Assembly: GCA_000004985.1 (NCBI GenBank)
Contig: GG738930.1
Origin: Naegleria gruberi
Lineage: Eukaryota
Strand: one strand, 5' to 3'
DNA length: 64,000 nt
Shown: positions 61,984-64,000 of the stretch, in pieces
Layout of the letters: each line of letters opens with the position of its first letter
Numbering within the stretch: position 1 is the first letter of the stretch
The notes under the pieces: model-generated
What the model was told of the DNA's origin: nothing
Seen by the model: only the letters and a program-made list of their open reading frames with translations
Databases searched by the model: none
Translations under genes and position numbers: made by a program

Positions 61984-63976
61984 CTTCTGGTGTTGACAAT
62001 GATTTGTAATCTCTAATATAAGCAATGTATGAAGATTTACCATCTTTTAGAATGTGGGATACTCTGATTTCTACCGAGATGATCTTGCCTGACTTGGTTT
62101 CTCCCTTCACTTTCTTTACCATATTGAGAGTATTCTTATCTTTGGTTTTACATTTTTCCAAATAGCTGTCATGTTTGAGTCTATCCTTCTTATTACAAAT
62201 AATTTTGACATTTCTTCCAACAACTTCTTTAGCTTCGAAACCAAAAGTGGATGAGGCAGCCTTGTTAAAAACTTGAATAATTCCCTTGTCATTGATTGTA
62301 ATAACTGGAATAGTAATCATTTCTGTTACTGCTTGATTCAGTGAGTTGGTCATTTGTGAATATTTGCCATTTTCTGCTTGTTGAGCAAACCTCATGTATA
62401 TACAAAAGTGAGTTTCTTGTAATTTTGATATTGGGATAATCTTGGCGGATACTGAAAAGAATTGCTTGATTGTTGTTGCTTTGGCTCTCAAAGTTCTTAA
62501 CTGTGAAAGGGCCCTTCTTCTCTCCAGTTTTTCTTCCTCACTGATTTGATTGTAAGGTCGAATATCATCGAGATAGTTCTGGTCTGAACCAATTTTATCT
62601 GCCTTCAGAGTGCTATTCTCAGTTGGACCCAAGAATTCATAAATTGCCTGATGTAGTTCAACAGAAGCATCATCCAAAAACAATTCACTCACATGTTCCC
62701 CAAGAGCACTGAATGAAAAGACTCCAAATAAATCCTCGGCTTCCTTATTCAAATATTCTATTGAGCCAAGTTTGTCAAAAACAAGAACTGGAAATCCACA
62801 AGTCATGAATTGAGACACCAAATGATTCAACTGTACAAATTCTACCTGATGTGTAAATCCAACTTCTTCATTAATTTCTCTATCACTCAGTAGGGCAGTT
62901 TCTGTCGACCTCACAGACATAACAGAAACTTCGCTCACTGTATCAGGAAAATCATCAAATCCTTCATTCTTCGTTTTCATTTTGGAAAGGAATCTCTGAT
63001 TAATTGACTGTTTGTAGCCTTGATCGTTTCTTGACATTCCTCTTTCGAGTGGAGGTCTTGCTCTGGGCACAGATTGTGATCCCTCCCTCATCATTAAACT
63101 GTTTTCTCTCTGTAGTGGCCCTCTCTTTGTTGGAACATCAGACAAGGGTTTATCAGATAGCTCATATTCATTATTCTTCCTAGTAATAAAACTACTATTC
63201 TCTCTTTGTAACATTCCTCTCCTAGGAGCAGATGGTGCTGTTGTCATTGTAGAATTACCTCTCAATAGAGGAGGTGGTCTCGATAGTGTGCCATCGTTAT
63301 TCGTCAGCAGAGAAGAACCTTCCCTCCTTAACATTCCTCTTGGTTTTTGGGAGATAGTAGAATTTTCTCTTGTCAGTTTTGGAGCTACTCTCAACGATGA
63401 AGAAACTCCAACTTTAAGCATTGCAGAGGTATCCAAACCTTCAAATATGTTCCTAGAACTTGCTGTATTTTTCGACGATACCTCATACATGGATTGTTTT
63501 TTAGACATGAACTCATTAAGTGCTTTTTGATCTTCGTCTTCCTTCTCCTTTCTAGCAGAGGCAGGTGTTTCTGTTATTGTAAATGGAGCAAGAAAGTCTG
63601 AACCACCTACTCCATCATTATTTGGAATCCGTGTTGGTACTTTAGGTTTTACTGGACTAAACCCTACCAATACATTTCTCGAACTTTGAGTATTGAAAGC
63701 TCCAGGAGACGGTTTTGACTTTTTTGCTTGGAGAAACTCTTGGAGAGCCTTCTCATCCTCATCTTCATCATCCTTATTGTTTTGTTTTGTTGGGGAGGTT
63801 AGAGGTTTTTTAGGAGAAGTACTTTTAGAAAGAGCAGAAGCATCAAACGAAGCAAATATATTCCTCGAACTCTGATGATTAAAATTGGAAGAGGGTGAAT
63901 GAAGGTTTGCTGTCTTCTTCTTGGCTAGAAATTCCTGTAGAGCCTTATCGTCATCATCGTCATCATAATTTGTCAT
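61984..63976 (-). CDS. PAS-PAS-(cyclase) paralogue, 3'-truncated by the assembly gap; the N-terminal region carries 3 copies of the acidic-ALQEFLAKK...QSSRNI module
   Basis: ATG 63976 (MTNYDDDDDDKALQEFLAKKK). Same domain order and many identical blocks versus 47214..50231 (CGFPVLVFDKLGSIE[F/Y]LNKEAEDLFGV[Y/F]SFSA[M/L]GEHVSELFLDDASVELHQA[M/I]YEFLGPTENSTLKADKIGSDQNYLDDI; IPVITINDKGIIQVFNKAASSTFG[Y/F]E[P/A]KE[I/V]VGRNVKIICN). DNA about 85% identical over long stretches. Confidence 0.7.
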
Positions 63977-64000
63977 GTTGTTGTTATTATGAATAATTGA

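Overview
The window is eukaryotic nuclear DNA from a draft assembly with three N-gaps (26788-26959, 35869-35918, 61924-61983). Intergenic DNA is very AT-rich and coding DNA is roughly 60-65% AT. The standard genetic code applies. Introns are sparse and short (54-107 nt, GT..AG, with GTAAGT or GTTTGT donors). Coding microsatellites give poly-Asn and poly-Gln runs. Three tRNA genes lie near an L1-like non-LTR retroelement that carries an RNase H domain. Taken together this looks like an amoebozoan, dictyostelid-like genome, but the species is not identified. Many ORF-track 'M' starts are actually TTG, so start codons were re-set to the first in-frame ATG where possible.

Contents: about 35 protein-coding genes, 3 tRNA genes (Ile-AAU, Leu-CAA, Thr-AGU), one ~5.5 kb non-LTR retrotransposon, and a composite repeat and hairpin region upstream of tRNA-Leu. 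Supported genes include:
- a peroxisomal multifunctional beta-oxidation enzyme ending in -SKL
- a GH14 beta-amylase with two introns
- a CAX Ca2+/H+ exchanger
- the OLA1/YchF GTPase
- an RGS-domain membrane protein
- an NHL-repeat protein
- an F-box protein
- three TLDc-domain genes, one degraded
- a bacterial-type COG2085 oxidoreductase
- an ADP/ATP-carrier-like mitochondrial carrier
- a GPI-anchored clan GH-A hydrolase

The most unusual items are these:
1. A single 2,200-aa ORF fuses a Cid1-type terminal uridylyl/nucleotidyl transferase to a DIS3L2-type RNB exoribonuclease. This would be a candidate single-polypeptide uridylation-plus-decay machine.
2. Two paralogous PAS-PAS-class III nucleotidyl cyclase genes lie about 12 kb apart. 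They share a novel repeated N-terminal module, and the catalytic domain of the second copy is lost in an assembly gap.
3. A receptor-like TKL kinase has its kinase domain split between opposite strands at one junction, next to a beta-helix ectodomain gene. This fits a ~1.2 kb inversion or a local misorientation.
4. The retroelement's 5' end sits immediately next to the ATG of the carrier gene.
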